From a virus, in the IMG/VR virus record IMGVR_UViG_3300044527_000814, positions 7,650-71,649 of that record: 64,000 bases of DNA, one strand, 5' to 3'. A program made the position numbers and the translations under genes. Positions 45,795-55,602 of the stretch are shown in pieces. The notes beneath the pieces are model-generated. The model saw only the letters and a program-made list of their open reading frames with translations. It ran no database searches and was not told the DNA's origin. Position 1 is the stretch's first letter, and the number at the start of each line of letters is the position of its first letter.

Positions 45795-46546
45795 GACCCC
45801 TCCTCCTTGTCGGCAATCATCGCCTCCGCCCTCTCGTCAAGACGGTATTGCAGCATCTTCAACTCGACACGCGCGTGATCTCGCTCGCTCTGAGCGACGA
45901 TCGCCTTTTGGCGAATTCGCTCGGCGTCACCCCGCGCCTCGTCGCGCTCCCGCAGGGCATCCACGAGTAGCCCTTCCAGCGACTTGATGTGCGCTGCCTC
46001 GCCTGCGAGTTTGTGGCTAAGCTCGTCGCGCTCCCGCAAGACCTTGCCGTAGGAGCGGTCCTTCTCGGCATGGCGGTCCCAGCCGAGACGCGCTTGCTTC
46101 AGTGCCTCGTCGCGCTGTGACTCGACTCGCCGCAGGTCCCCCTCAAGCTGGGCGAGGGTTTCCGAAGCATCCGGCCGCGAGTTCGGGTAGTCCTGCGCCG
46201 CGACCAAGAACTTCAGCTTCTCGACGGCCGGGTGCGGGAGTTCGTGCGGATCGCGCGACGGATCGGGCAAGTCCCTGATGGCAGACACAAGCTCCGCGTA
46301 GAGTTCCCGGAAGTGCTCGGCGCGCTCGTACTCGACCTCCCGCCGCTCCAGAGCCTCGCGGAGTTCGCGGGCCAGCCGCGCCCCGTGACCGCCGAGGTAG
46401 TCCGGGGGCATGGCTCGAAGCTTCCCCTCAGCCTCGCGCAGCCTCGCCTCCGAGGCGTCGAGCGCCAAGGTCAGCGACTCGACAAGAGCATGGCTGGTGT
46501 CCGCGCGCTCGCCCCCTTTGATCGTAGCCCCCTTCTTCTCGCTCAT
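45791..46546 (-). CDS. coiled-coil protein (ERDEAR-type repeats)
   Basis: GGAGG RBS; repeated ERD/QRD heptads. Confidence 0.7.
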   Translation of the reverse strand: MSEKKGATIKGGERADTSHALVESLTLALDASEARLREAEGKLRAMPPDYLGGHGARLARELREALERREVEYERAEHFRELYAELVSAIRDLPDPSRDPHELPHPAVEKLKFLVAAQDYPNSRPDASETLAQLEGDLRRVESQRDEALKQARLGWDRHAEKDRSYGKVLRERDELSHKLAGEAAHIKSLEGLLVDALRERDEARGDAERIRQKAIVAQSERDHARVELKMLQYRLDERAEAMIADKEEGS

Positions 46547-46571
46547 GACCCCCTCCTCCGGCTGAAATCGT

Positions 46572-46580
46572 TGTCAGACA
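46572..46580. promoter_or_regulatory. TGTCNGACA operator candidate
   Basis: TGTCAGACA in a divergent intergenic region. Confidence 0.6.
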
Positions 46581-46680
46581 TTCCGTTTGTGATAAGAACT
46601 ATTATCCGACTCTAGGGAGCCGTCAAGGGCGCTGCATCGATTTCTTCAACTTTGGGGGTGGAGGGGGGTCTCCGAGGCGA

Positions 46681-47262
46681 TTGAACATCGGCGTCGAGGT
46701 CGATACAATAAAGGACATGGGCTTCCTACGGACTTCCTTCGTTGGCACTCTGGTCCTCTGCGGTCTGATGGTCGCAGCGGGGATCGTCCTCGCCGTGGTC
46801 GGGGGGATGCAGCAGTCCTCCCTGTCCCTGTTCGGCGTGGAGGTGACGACGACGAGTGCGGGTCTGGCTGCCATCGTCACAGGGGCTGCCCTCTGCGGAC
46901 TCGCCGTGCGGCGACACCTCGACAGCTTCGACAAGATCCCTGCGAAAGACCGCGGAGCCGATCTGCGTTCGCGAAGGCGAAAGTTCGCCATCACGATCAC
47001 GGTCGCCCTCGGGGCCGTGCCCGTAGTCCTCGGCCTGAGCACCGTGACCATGATGGGCGGGTCCACAGGGGACACAAGCGCACTGCCCGGTCAGGGGCAC
47101 CTTGCTACGGTAGACGACGGCGGCGTACCGAATCTGACAGGCGACGGGGGGATGCTCAGTCGATTCGCGCAGATGGTGCAAGCTCCCGCGCGACATCGGC
47201 CAGACGGGGGCACGCCGGATGGCGGGGTCGAGCCCGACGCACAGACAATGGTGCCGCGCTGA
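46681..47262 (+). CDS. multi-TM membrane protein with DGG-rich tail
   Basis: Three hydrophobic segments. Start may be 46717. Confidence 0.6.
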   Translation: MNIGVEVDTIKDMGFLRTSFVGTLVLCGLMVAAGIVLAVVGGMQQSSLSLFGVEVTTTSAGLAAIVTGAALCGLAVRRHLDSFDKIPAKDRGADLRSRRRKFAITITVALGAVPVVLGLSTVTMMGGSTGDTSALPGQGHLATVDDGGVPNLTGDGGMLSRFAQMVQAPARHRPDGGTPDGGVEPDAQTMVPR

Positions 47263-47316
47263 GCGTTCGTGTTGGGCTCCGAGCGCTGAACCTCAGCGCG
47301 AGGTCTTCCGTGGCGC

Positions 47317-47862
47317 CTACTTCCGCTTCGAAGACTTACTTCGCGACATCTTGCGTCTCGGAGCCACTCGCCTGTTCGCGACAAGCTCTGGCGGCGAGAA
47401 GTCGTCGGGCCAGGTTGTGTTCTCGTCCCACTCGGCGCCCGTTAGGTCAGCGCCCGTCAGGTCTGCACCATACAGTGACGCGTTCTGAAGCTTCGCGTGC
47501 GACAGGTTGGCACCGGTCATGGTCGCCCCGACCATGTAAGCCTCACGAAGATCTGCGTGAGACAAGTCCGCTCTAGTCAGGTTCGCATCACCAAGAACCG
47601 ATGCGTTAAGCTTCGCGTACACCAGAACTGCACCGTCCAGATTCACTTTTTGTAAATTCGCTCCGTTCAGCCACGCGCCAGCCAGACACGCGGATCTCAG
47701 GTTCGACCCGTGCAGCTTCGCTCCACGCAGGTCAGCGCCGCGCAGATCCACTCCAGCCAAGTTCAGGTCGTTCAGCGCGGCGCCCTCCAAACGCGCGGGA
47801 CGGCCTAGTTGCCACGCAGTCCGAATCTCTTGCAATGCCTCGTTCTGACTCAGCCGTCCCAT
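47317..47862 (-). CDS. pentapeptide repeat protein with basic tail after LVAN
   Basis: A(D/N)LxG repeats; tail NRRVAPRRKMSRSKSSKRK. Confidence 0.9.
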   Translation of the reverse strand: MGRLSQNEALQEIRTAWQLGRPARLEGAALNDLNLAGVDLRGADLRGAKLHGSNLRSACLAGAWLNGANLQKVNLDGAVLVYAKLNASVLGDANLTRADLSHADLREAYMVGATMTGANLSHAKLQNASLYGADLTGADLTGAEWDENTTWPDDFSPPELVANRRVAPRRKMSRSKSSKRK

Positions 47863-47972
47863 CGCAGTGCTCCGTTCTATTGTGTGCGGTCACCCATCAA
47901 GCATCCCGCGGACGAGTGTAACAGGCTGCCACAGGTGCAGGCAGGTGTCACGCAAACCTGGCGCCGAATACT

Positions 47973-48001
47973 TTGACACCGCTTCGATTGTCCGACATCA
48001 T
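47973..48001 (+). promoter_or_regulatory. promoter candidate TTGACA-N17-CATCAT overlapped by TGTCCGACA (47989-47997)
   Basis: Direct read. Confidence 0.5.
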
Positions 48002-48046
48002 CGCGCACGTACCGGCGCTCACGCGCCTCCGCACAAGAAGGGGTCG

Positions 48047-48562
48047 ATGATGGGACACAAGCAGAACCTGCGAACAATGAAGGCAGCACACTGGAAGCTG
48101 CTCTCCCTGATCCAACGGGAGAAGTACGCCGAGGCGCGCGAGCAGCTGAAGAAGATCGTCGGCGCCTCGATGCAGCTGACGAGCGACCTGCATGCGCTGG
48201 AGCTTCGCTCGAACGTCGACAAGTACTACAAGCAGTCGGGCCTGCTCAACGCGCCGCCCAAGCCCAAAGCCTCCACGACCCCCAAGCGGCGGCCTCGTCT
48301 GCCTCTCACTGCGCGCGACAAGGAAGTCATCGCTGACCTGACCAAGCAGGGGCGCTCGCTTCGCGAGATCAGCACACGGACCAAGCGCAGCCCGAGCACC
48401 GTGTGGGACTACCAGCAGACCCTCAAGCAGACCGCGAGCGTCGACCGCGCAGAGCGGGCATGGCTGACGCCCGAGGAGCGCGCGACGTTCTGGATGCAGA
48501 AGCTGGGGATCAAGCCCCCTGCGCCCAGTGCCGCGACGACTGCGAAGGCTGCGGCGAACTGA
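48047..48562 (+). CDS. HTH protein (copy A)
   Basis: LT...I..L..QGRSLREIS...RSPSTVWDY. Confidence 0.8.
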   Translation: MMGHKQNLRTMKAAHWKLLSLIQREKYAEAREQLKKIVGASMQLTSDLHALELRSNVDKYYKQSGLLNAPPKPKASTTPKRRPRLPLTARDKEVIADLTKQGRSLREISTRTKRSPSTVWDYQQTLKQTASVDRAERAWLTPEERATFWMQKLGIKPPAPSAATTAKAAAN

Positions 48563-48569
48563 CGACTGC

Positions 48570-48696
48570 TCACTGCTCCGGTGCGTTTGCGGCGCGCGAA
48601 CCAGAGCGCAGTCCGCGCAGCAAGCGCATCCCGAGCGTGATAGATGCAGAAGCGGCGATAGAAGACGTCAGCAAGACCCCGCGTCGCGGAGACTGG
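48570..48696 (-). pseudogene. 3' remnant of the 84-aa membrane gene
   Basis: ...ASITLGMRLLRGLRSGSRAANAPEQ matches the end of 50221..50475. Confidence 0.7.
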
Positions 48697-49563
48697 TCAT
48701 CGCCTACTCGTCTTCCTACCGCGCGGCGTCCTGCGCACAGGGCGGCGGCTGGTGCGCCGCGGGTTCTTGTACATGTTCGGTTCCTGTGGATCGTACGCGC
48801 CGACGTTCTCGGTTGCGTGCTTGATCTGCCGCGGGTTGAATGCAGCCCAACTGCGACGCATGACCTCCTCGCCCGCATCAGCGTCCCAGTAACTGGCCGT
48901 AAAAAATATCCCGTCATACCCAGCCGCAGTAATTACAGGGAATGACGCCGACCCAGGCGCCTCATTGATGGCATCCTGTAACAAAGCGACGCGGTTTCGG
49001 CTGCTGTCTTGGAATCCTTGCCACCCCGAGCCGAGGATCTTTTTTGCAAGACGCGCCTGCGACGTGCCCGGGCGCAGTTCGGCGGTGGCATCCAGCGGAC
49101 GCTGGATCGACAGGTACACCGGAATGACGCGCTGGAACATGCGCGCCTTCGCGTCTTCCATTGCGGCTTTCTCCGCGTACTCGCCAGCCATTTCCACGGC
49201 CCTTCGGTCCGACTTGTACTTTCGCGGTGCGGACTGGGCTTTGCGAGACAGATCGCGCCAGCCAGCGTGCCCGAGCTTCATTGCTTCGGCGTCCATGGCC
49301 GCATTTGCGGCATCCACAGCCTTGTCATGAAATGAATCCGGATAGATCTCGAACGCGTGCTGCTTTGCGTGACCAAGATCTTCCGCGAACTGAATACCAA
49401 GAGGCATTTGTTGCCTGAAGTCCGGATACACTACGTTCTCGAACGCCGAGAACATTGGAGCCATAGTTCCGTGGTACACCACCAACGGCTCCCCGCTGGC
49501 GTCTACTACCTTGCTATGCCCAAACCATCTCCGAAATGCTGGATTGTCTGGCGGGCTCGGCAT
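48697..49563 (-). CDS. ADP-ribosyltransferase-like (polyvalent-protein ART type) with KNPRRTSRR tail
   Basis: AFRRWFG.SKVVD..GEPLVVYHGT, PVYLSIQRP, GYDGI, FNPRQIK...N.G; AGGAG RBS. Confidence 0.8.
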   Translation of the reverse strand: MPSPPDNPAFRRWFGHSKVVDASGEPLVVYHGTMAPMFSAFENVVYPDFRQQMPLGIQFAEDLGHAKQHAFEIYPDSFHDKAVDAANAAMDAEAMKLGHAGWRDLSRKAQSAPRKYKSDRRAVEMAGEYAEKAAMEDAKARMFQRVIPVYLSIQRPLDATAELRPGTSQARLAKKILGSGWQGFQDSSRNRVALLQDAINEAPGSASFPVITAAGYDGIFFTASYWDADAGEEVMRRSWAAFNPRQIKHATENVGAYDPQEPNMYKNPRRTSRRPVRRTPRGRKTSRR

Positions 49564-49634
49564 GTGTATTCTCCTGGAAGGCGCTCGTGGCGGCACTCGC
49601 CGCGCGCTGAACGTACCACAAACAGAAGGGGCCG

Positions 49635-50213
49635 ATGATGGGACACAAGCAGAGCCTGCGAACAATGAAGGCGGCGCACTGGAAGCTGATCTCCCTCGTC
49701 CGCCGCGAGAAGTACGCCGAAGCGCGCGAGCAGTTGAAGAAGATAGTCGGCGTCTCGATGCAGCTGACGAGCGACCTTCATGCCCTGGAACTTCGCTCGA
49801 ACGTCGACAAGTACTTCAAGGAGTCGAGGCTGCTCGGCGCTCCCGCCGAAACGAAGCGACCTTCGCGTGCGAAGGCGAAGCGGCCGTCCAAGGCCAAGCG
49901 ACCGGAAGCCGACTCGGCGACCACGGCCACCAACAAGCCGAAGCGCCGCTCGCCTCTCACGACGCGGGAGCAGGAGATCATCGCTGGCCTGACCAAGCAG
50001 GGGCGCTCGGTCCGAGAGATCAGTGCGGTGACCAAACGCAGCCCGAGCAGCGTGTGGGACTACCAGCAGCGCCTCAAAGAGACTGAGCGCACCGCACGCG
50101 CAGAGCGGGCATGGCTGACGCCCGAAGAGCGCGCCAAGTTCTGGATCGAGAAGCTGGGCATCGCCCCTCCGTGGCCCATCTCTACGCCGTCGCCCCAGGT
50201 CGCGTCGAGCTGA
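49635..50213 (+). CDS. HTH protein (copy B)
   Basis: Paralog of 48047. Confidence 0.8.
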   Translation: MMGHKQSLRTMKAAHWKLISLVRREKYAEAREQLKKIVGVSMQLTSDLHALELRSNVDKYFKESRLLGAPAETKRPSRAKAKRPSKAKRPEADSATTATNKPKRRSPLTTREQEIIAGLTKQGRSVREISAVTKRSPSSVWDYQQRLKETERTARAERAWLTPEERAKFWIEKLGIAPPWPISTPSPQVASS

Positions 50214-50220
50214 CGACTGC

Positions 50221-50475
50221 TCACTGCTCCGGTGCGTTTGCGGCGCGTGAACCAGAGCGCAAGGCGCGCAGCAAGAGCATCCCGAGCGTAATAGATGCAG
50301 ACGCTGCGACCGAAGCCGTCAGTAAGCCCCTGCCGCGAAGGCCAGCGAGATACAGGCCGGGAGCGATCAGCAGTGACCTCGCCGCCGTCAAGCCCAGGGT
50401 GCGCGGAAGGCCGCCGGGCTGACCGTGTACGAGCGCTTCGATCGCGTAGTCGGAGGGCGGCGAGCCTTCTTCCAT
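50221..50475 (-). CDS. small membrane protein
   Basis: Hydrophobic 84-aa ORF; its 3' half is duplicated at 48570. Confidence 0.6.
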   Translation of the reverse strand: MEEGSPPSDYAIEALVHGQPGGLPRTLGLTAARSLLIAPGLYLAGLRGRGLLTASVAASASITLGMLLLRALRSGSRAANAPEQ

Positions 50476-50534
50476 GCGCGGCAGCGTAGCAGATCATCAA
50501 GATGCTTGCCTGGCTACCGGTCTGCGGGGTAGAT

Positions 50535-50543
50535 TGTCGGACA
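50535..50543. promoter_or_regulatory. TGTCNGACA operator candidate next to a -10-like TAGATT
   Basis: TTGCCT(50506)-N18-TAGATT(50530), overlapping TGTCGGACA. Confidence 0.55.
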
Positions 50544-50571
50544 TCCGGGACGCCCGCCCATTCAGAGGAAC

Positions 50572-51291
50572 ATGACGAACATCCAATCGATCGTAGAGCG
50601 ACTTGTCGAATTGAACACGGACCATCACGCACGTATGCGCGCAGACTACGAGCAGAGAGCCTCTTCCGGCGACCGTAGTGTGGTCAGCGCAGACCAGCAA
50701 AGCAGGAACCACATCATCGCCGCCATGCGCGGAGCGGCAAAGCGATTTGGCTCTCCTGAACGCAGGCAGAATCTGCTGGAGCTTGGAGCAGGATACGCTG
50801 GCGACCGCGATTACTTGATCTCGGAACTCAGCTGCGAATACACTGGAGTGGAAGTGGTCCCGCATGTTGCGGCTGCGTCTGGAGGGCTCGGCGTGCTGAA
50901 CATGGCAATCGAAGCGGCCCCCGGCGCATGGAACGGCAAATTTGACTGGGTGTATTCACGGCACGTCATGGAGCACGTCCCTGACCTGGACGTGGCCATC
51001 GCCGCCGTCGCGCGCATCTTGTCGCCGCATGGCGTAGTCGGCGCGGTGACGCCGCACTACTTCCCGGACCCGGAACCTGCTCATGTGACTCAGCTGCGCA
51101 TCAACGAGTGGTGCGCCGCGTATCGCAGGCATGGGCTGGTTCCTGTCTACGCGTCACAGGAGCACCACGCATGCGCCGAGGCGCACCTGGTCTTGCTGCG
51201 CAAAGAGTTTCTTGAAAGGCTGGCTGCCCAATGCTCTGACATGTCGGAGAAACTGGCGATTGAGTCCGCCATCAAGAGTCAAGATGCCTGA
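50572..51291 (+). CDS. class I SAM methyltransferase
   Basis: LLELGAG, YTGVE, FDWVYSRHVMEHV. Confidence 0.88.
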   Translation: MTNIQSIVERLVELNTDHHARMRADYEQRASSGDRSVVSADQQSRNHIIAAMRGAAKRFGSPERRQNLLELGAGYAGDRDYLISELSCEYTGVEVVPHVAAASGGLGVLNMAIEAAPGAWNGKFDWVYSRHVMEHVPDLDVAIAAVARILSPHGVVGAVTPHYFPDPEPAHVTQLRINEWCAAYRRHGLVPVYASQEHHACAEAHLVLLRKEFLERLAAQCSDMSEKLAIESAIKSQDA

Positions 51292-51790
51292 CGACTGGAG
51301 CCATAAGGCCTGGATGTCCGTTCGAGACGCGGACATCCTTGAGCGAGTAGTCTTCCGCGTTGCTCGGGAGCGCGGATCGATCGATGTATTCGAGTGGGGT
51401 TCTGGGAAAAGCACGAAGTACTTCTCCAGCGAACTCGCCGCTGCTAAGGTCCCTTTTAGCTGGTCCGCAGTCGAGCACGACCCGTCATGGGCCGCTTCGG
51501 TGCGAGAAGGGTTGCACGACCAGGCGAACGTACTGCTGGTTCCGCTCGGAGACCAGTACCCGCTTTCGATACGTGGCCGAAGTCCAAGTTTAGTCATTGT
51601 AGATGGTCGGCTTCGCAGGAGGTGTCTTATCGAAGCCTCGCGGCTATCCAGCGTAATCGTTCTCCATGACGCGCAGCGGGAGTATTACCACTGCGCGTTC
51701 AGTCTGTTCGCGTATCAAGGTCGCGTCGGAGATATGCTTTGGATTGGATGTCAAGACGCTTCCATGTACGAGCGCGCTCATGGCCGCTGA
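51284..51790 (+). CDS. SAM methyltransferase (glycan O-methyltransferase-like)
   Basis: VFEWGSGKST, AVEHDPSW, VIVDGRLR, VLHDAQR. Confidence 0.8.
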   Translation: MPDDWSHKAWMSVRDADILERVVFRVARERGSIDVFEWGSGKSTKYFSSELAAAKVPFSWSAVEHDPSWAASVREGLHDQANVLLVPLGDQYPLSIRGRSPSLVIVDGRLRRRCLIEASRLSSVIVLHDAQREYYHCAFSLFAYQGRVGDMLWIGCQDASMYERAHGR

Positions 51791-51806
51791 GGGTTCGCGC
51801 TGTCAG

Positions 51807-52454
51807 TTACGCGCGCCAGGCTGGATCAAACGGCTGCCTCCAAAAATCTTTCTGATTCGCTCGGATCGGATGATAAGCGGGAACGGACATGTCAATCTTC
51901 ACGATGCTGGGCTCGTGAAAGAAGACGCGAAGACCTCGTTTCCACACCGCGCGCGATACTGAACATCCAGGTGCGAACTGATCGCCGCCCGCTCGCAGCC
52001 TCGACTCCATATCCGCGAAGACATCTCGCAACACCGCAGTCGACATCAAAACTCCACCAGCAAAATGACACTCCGGGAACTCGCGCACCATAAATCCATC
52101 TAAGCGCCTACAGTTAACGCTGTCCTCAAGCAGTCCGTTTGTAACTGAAAGCCATCCCGCACCAAATTTAGGATGCTTCGTCGCTCTCCACTTGCAGGCA
52201 TTGTGCAAGACGTGTCGGTTTACTACCACATCGTCCTCAAGCCGAAGCATGTAGTCGTAAAGAGGGTCGTCGCAAATTTGTCTGAGCACGCGAAGGTAAA
52301 AGTCGTCGCGATGCTCAGACTTGGGCTGACACATCACAGAATACTTCCCTGCGAGGTCAGACGCGTCGAGCGAGCGAAGCGTTTTGATCAGATCGGATTT
52401 GTCCCTGCCGTGCCACGTATGCACCCAGGGGAACACGCGCGCCGCGTCGAGCAT
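51807..52454 (-). CDS. GT-A-like glycosyltransferase
   Basis: YMLRLEDDV...AGGVLMS. Confidence 0.6.
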   Translation of the reverse strand: MLDAARVFPWVHTWHGRDKSDLIKTLRSLDASDLAGKYSVMCQPKSEHRDDFYLRVLRQICDDPLYDYMLRLEDDVVVNRHVLHNACKWRATKHPKFGAGWLSVTNGLLEDSVNCRRLDGFMVREFPECHFAGGVLMSTAVLRDVFADMESRLRAGGDQFAPGCSVSRAVWKRGLRVFFHEPSIVKIDMSVPAYHPIRANQKDFWRQPFDPAWRA

Positions 52455-52455
52455 A

Positions 52456-52638
52456 TTAGTACCCCCCGCTCTTGAACCACCCCGACCCCTTCAGCGTGAA
52501 GCTGGTGGCCGGGATGGTACGTGCGGCCTCGCCGCCGCACGACTTGTCGTCGCAACGGTCGATGGGCTGCTCAGTGATGCGCTGCTCAGCCTCGAAGTGT
52601 TTGCCGCACTTCCGGCACGCGTACTCGTAGACTGGCAT
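52456..52638 (-). CDS. FmdB-like zinc ribbon protein
   Basis: MPVYEYACRKCG...FTLKGSGW. Confidence 0.9.
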   Translation of the reverse strand: MPVYEYACRKCGKHFEAEQRITEQPIDRCDDKSCGGEAARTIPATSFTLKGSGWFKSGGY

Positions 52639-52640
52639 GG

Positions 52641-53096
52641 CTAGTTCAAGTCGCGGATGTCGACCACCTCGACATCCTCGTCGGTGTCAGTCGCGTGATC
52701 GTGGGTCTCGTCCGAGTGCTCTTCGCCGCAATCGACGCACGCGCCGCGCATTGGCTCGTCGCTCAGCGCCCACCGTTCTTCACGGAAGTGGTTCTCGCTG
52801 CCAGCGATGGGGTCCAGCTTGACGAACTTCAACGCCGTTCGCCGCGACACGGCCATGGTCTGACCGAGCTTCACTGGGTTCGTCCCCGCCCGTTGCTGCT
52901 CGATGATGTAGTCGGCGATATGGTTGAGCAGGCCCGCTGCTGGCTCCATGAGAAACAACGGCACGCCGCGGATCTCCAGGTCTGGGCAGCCATACTTGTC
53001 CATGCCGTGGGTATGAATCCACCCCATCTCGGCGACGCCAGTGCTGACGATGTGAATCTCAATCGGATATTCGATGTCGTTTTTGTTGTTGGACAT
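52641..53096 (-). CDS. hypothetical protein (HTHG...PDLE, DUF4261/4262-like)
   Basis: WIHTHGMDKYGCPDLEI. Confidence 0.65.
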   Translation of the reverse strand: MSNNKNDIEYPIEIHIVSTGVAEMGWIHTHGMDKYGCPDLEIRGVPLFLMEPAAGLLNHIADYIIEQQRAGTNPVKLGQTMAVSRRTALKFVKLDPIAGSENHFREERWALSDEPMRGACVDCGEEHSDETHDHATDTDEDVEVVDIRDLN

Positions 53097-53641
53097 GTCT
53101 TTTCTTTCTTCAGCGTCGGCGACGGCGGTCGCGACGACGACGATGTCCTGCCGGGGGCGCAGGAGGCTGAAATGGCAAATCGACCGCCCTGACGGCACCC
53201 TGACGCGACAGCATCGGCCGGAACGGGAGGTCGATCGAGGTGACAGCGCTCTGGGGCGGTGAGAAGGATGGCAGGGAAACCGGAGGCAGGGGCCGCAGGG
53301 GACGGTAGTTGCCTGCGTATCCGGTGTGCCGCACCGTAGCCGTTGGGCCCATCGCCTGCGCCTGCGCAGAAGCGCTCGTACGCGAAAACTGAGCCACTTG
53401 CGTCGGGCGCGGCCCCATCGTGTCCGCAGAGCGCTGGGCGATCGGCGCAAGCGCAGTACGAGGAGCCATCTGGCCAGCGGCAGTCGTCGACCGGATCGGG
53501 GCCACTTGAGCAGGACGCACGAGGCGCGGAACCTGAGCAGAGGCCCGACTGAATGGAACGGCACCAAGCGGGCGATGGTAGGACACTGTGGAACTCCTTC
53601 GGCGAGGACCGCAAAGGCCTACCATGCCACGACTTGCAAGT

Positions 53642-53959
53642 CTACGGCTGCCCGGCCCGAGCGCTGCGGGCAAGAGCGATGCGATAGAGCACGAGATAGC
53701 CGACGAGGTCGAGCACAGCATCTTCGCCCGCCGCGCTGCCTCTTGCGATGCGCGACAGCTTGTCGTCGATACGCACGAGAATCTGCGCACTCGCGTCCAT
53801 GTCTCGGCTGAACACGCGCACTGGATTAAGGGCAGAGTCGCCGTACGCGATGTTCTTCTCAACCAGCATCTCAGCAATCGCCATGCACTGCGCGAGAATC
53901 TCTGGCCCGTTTGGGCACTCCAGGGCGCGTCGCTGTAGCTGCTCGAACGAAACGGTCAC
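53642..53959 (-). CDS. nucleotide-modification-associated (Nmad1/DUF1599-like) protein
   Basis: KNIAYGDS...VRIDDKLSRI...ED...DLVGY. Confidence 0.8.
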   Translation of the reverse strand: MTVSFEQLQRRALECPNGPEILAQCMAIAEMLVEKNIAYGDSALNPVRVFSRDMDASAQILVRIDDKLSRIARGSAAGEDAVLDLVGYLVLYRIALARSARAGQP

Positions 53960-54126
53960 TTGGCCTCGCGATCTTTTTCGCGGAGCGACTTGATGATCAG
54001 CAGCCTGACCCACGATGATGCCGACAGCCCGTCGGCGGCTGCCTCCGCCTTGATGCGCGCTGACATCTCGTCATCGACCGCGAACGACAAGAACTTGCCT
54101 TTCACTTTCTTCTGATCTTCTTCCAT
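53956..54126 (-). CDS. 56-aa ribbon-helix-helix protein (absent from ORF track)
   Basis: Hand translation MEEDQKKVKGKFLSFAVDDEMSARIKAEAAADGLSASSWVRLLIIKSLREKDREAK. Confidence 0.7.
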   Translation of the reverse strand: MEEDQKKVKGKFLSFAVDDEMSARIKAEAAADGLSASSWVRLLIIKSLREKDREAK

Positions 54127-54737
54127 CAGTATGCCTCGTTTGCTGGAATCAATCCGTTGATGGGGACAGCTCTTGGGCGGGCAGGGGTTGTATCCCGCGG
54201 CCCAAGGAAAACGTTGTGGGTGCGCCCGCAGCTGATGCGTGCAAGAGGGCTGCGCGCCGCGTCAACGGCGCTGCCCCAGTGGATCGCGCGGTTCTGACAC
54301 GGGTCGCAGAGCATCCCCGGTTGCCATTGGCGACGGCACGGGGCGAGGAGCCGCCCGTCGCCCACGGCGTCCACCAGCTGAACAATGGGGGCAGGCGCCG
54401 TCTCGCGCGTTACGAGGGCCGTGCGTGCACGGTTTGCGTTGGCTGGCATTCCCTCACGCACCACAGCTGAGTAGGCACGCGCAAGCTCAACGAACCCCTT
54501 GTTCCGCCACGCCGGAAGCTCCTTACGTTTGTGGAGCACGGCGATGATCGCAGGATGGTCGGGCACGAGGCTGTACCCCGCCTCGCCTACCAGCACTTTG
54601 ATCATGACGAGCCTGGTCTCCTCGTCCCAGACGTTGGCTCGTGCCAGCGGCACAGCAGCCAGCCCCAGTGACAAGGCAGCCAGACACGCACAGATGATTG
54701 ATCGCTTCTTCATTCGCACCTCCAAACCAGGGCCCAT
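54126..54737 (-). CDS. secreted protein, possibly SleB-like cell-wall hydrolase
   Basis: Signal peptide MKKRSII...ARA; LVGEAG; C-terminal HNVF. Confidence 0.5.
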   Translation of the reverse strand: MGPGLEVRMKKRSIICACLAALSLGLAAVPLARANVWDEETRLVMIKVLVGEAGYSLVPDHPAIIAVLHKRKELPAWRNKGFVELARAYSAVVREGMPANANRARTALVTRETAPAPIVQLVDAVGDGRLLAPCRRQWQPGMLCDPCQNRAIHWGSAVDAARSPLARISCGRTHNVFLGPRDTTPARPRAVPINGLIPANEAY

Positions 54738-55037
54738 CTAACCCATCAACATCAGGGTAGGCAAGCCTAGCGTCGGACATTTTGATGGTGCCCACTGTAT
54801 AGCGACCCCTTTTCTCAATGTCAAGGGGCCGATGCTGATGGCGAAGTTTCGGCGCTCCTGCTGGCTGGACGGTCAAGGCGGCCTGTGTCACGGTCCCGGG
54901 GCCTGCGGAGGCGTGTGAGAGCGCGCCCAGGCAGGGCCCCCGCCTGGTCGTCGTCTCACTGTCCTTCCTCCCCCGGACGAGACGGCGACCAGGGGGCCCA
55001 CCTACGCTAGAATGGGCGGAAATAGGACCGGTGCACG

Positions 55038-55571
55038 ATGCCTGCGATGCGAATAAACCCTCTGCTTCCTGGACACCGACCAGCACTGTTTCCGGCAACC
55101 ATTTCCGCGTATCACGGCTCATGGCGCAAGTTCGACAGGCCAACGGCGTTCGTGGAGTCGCGTGGTATGGACTTCGGACCAGGCTTCTACTTGGCCCTGA
55201 GCCCGCGCGATGCCGCCAGCTACGGAAGCTTCTTGTATCGCGTCGTCGCCCGACTGGAAAACCCGATCATCATCGGAGATCACGTTGACGATGAGCTGGT
55301 CGACTGGTTCCAGCGCAGTCTGGGCATCGCAGACCACGACTTGGAGGAGCACGACAATCCTATCGCCGCCGCGTTCTTCTTCGCAGACACACTTGCCGAC
55401 GTCGGGCGGCTAAAGCCGTCCGCGCTTGTAACCGCGCTAAAAAAACTTGGGTATGACGGTGTCTACGTTGAGTCGGAGGCTGCCGAAGCTCACAACGGCG
55501 TTGCGGTCGACGGAGATTTGGCAATCTTGTGGGACCCTGCGCAGATCTTGGCGTGGGAGCGTCTGACGTAA
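55038..55571 (+). CDS. ADP-ribosyltransferase-like protein, starts MRINP
   Basis: AYHGS, FGPGFYLA...AASYG, LENP, GYDGV. Confidence 0.75.
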   Translation: MPAMRINPLLPGHRPALFPATISAYHGSWRKFDRPTAFVESRGMDFGPGFYLALSPRDAASYGSFLYRVVARLENPIIIGDHVDDELVDWFQRSLGIADHDLEEHDNPIAAAFFFADTLADVGRLKPSALVTALKKLGYDGVYVESEAAEAHNGVAVDGDLAILWDPAQILAWERLT

Positions 55572-55602
55572 GCGGTCCACCGAGCTAGCCGGGCTTCTTT
55601 AG

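Larger units (their letters stand above)
48036..48696 (+). repeat. diverged direct repeat, left copy (right copy about 49624-50345)
   Basis: Shared RBS, HTH gene and 3' half of the 50221..50475 gene. Confidence 0.85.

Noticed and set aside
48047-50213. HTH pair as IS30-like transposases of a composite transposon
   Set aside because: No DDE domain or terminal inverted repeats, and the duplication extends into a neighbouring gene.
53100-53640. Overlapping Cys/Arg-rich ORFs (52871..53614, 53110..53877, 53326..53811)
   Set aside because: I could not determine which frame, if any, is real.
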